A stretch of DNA of 44,821 nucleotides, taken from assembly GCA_017610325.1 (NCBI GenBank), contig JAFCCF010000010.1, positions 1 through 44,821 on the forward strand, written 5' to 3'. The position numbers were made by a program, and so were the translations under genes. Each line of letters opens with the position of its first letter. Positions within the stretch are counted from its first letter, which is position 1. Below are positions 44,799 to 44,821 of this stretch, in pieces. The notes below the pieces were generated by a model, which saw nothing but the letters and a program-made list of their open reading frames with translations, was not told the origin of the DNA and ran no database searches. The DNA comes from Candidatus Aminicenantes bacterium (GTDB taxonomy: Archaea > Nanobdellota > Nanobdellia > Woesearchaeales > JAFCCF01).

Positions 44799-44821
44799 AC
44801 TCTTTTTTAATTCTAAACTGG

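Overview
This window looks archaeal. It carries ribosomal proteins S3Ae, S6e and L10e, aIF2-gamma, an archaeal-type triosephosphate isomerase, AMP phosphorylase and a NOG1-like GTPase. Genes are tightly packed, many with ATGA-type start/stop overlaps and GGAGG/GAGGTG-like ribosome-binding sites. The overall picture fits a small-genome, DPANN-like organism, but that is inference from gene content only. The left half (1-22977) is accessory. It is a co-directional locus of very large secreted proteins with poly-Thr stalks, Ig-like repeats and Cys-rich domains. It also holds three 627-780 aa paralogs with class III (prepilin-like) signal peptides and two paralogous polytopic membrane proteins. A 1873-aa protein in this locus ends in an M15/LAS murein-peptidase-like domain. 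The locus is arranged as two modules, separated by an opposite-strand AbiEi/AbiEii-like toxin-antitoxin pair. I recognise no characterised system with this composition, so it is my top candidate for something undescribed. The right half is mostly housekeeping: purF, a PhoU-like regulator, gyrB, MscS, a GNAT enzyme, tpiA, r-proteins, a HAD hydrolase, AMP phosphorylase and an AI-2E transporter. It still contains several oddities. gyrB is interrupted by a 432-aa intein carrying an HNH nuclease and helical repeats. A perfect 67-nt repeat forming two hairpins sits in-frame in the C-terminal tails of both S3Ae and S6e. An Ada-like zinc protein is built around a 33-nt tandem repeat. A second small operon (35138-38001, minus strand) encodes two pilin-like proteins and an internally duplicated Cys-rich lipoprotein. 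I found no rRNA, tRNA or CRISPR array. All family assignments come from motif recognition by eye; no database search or computation was run.
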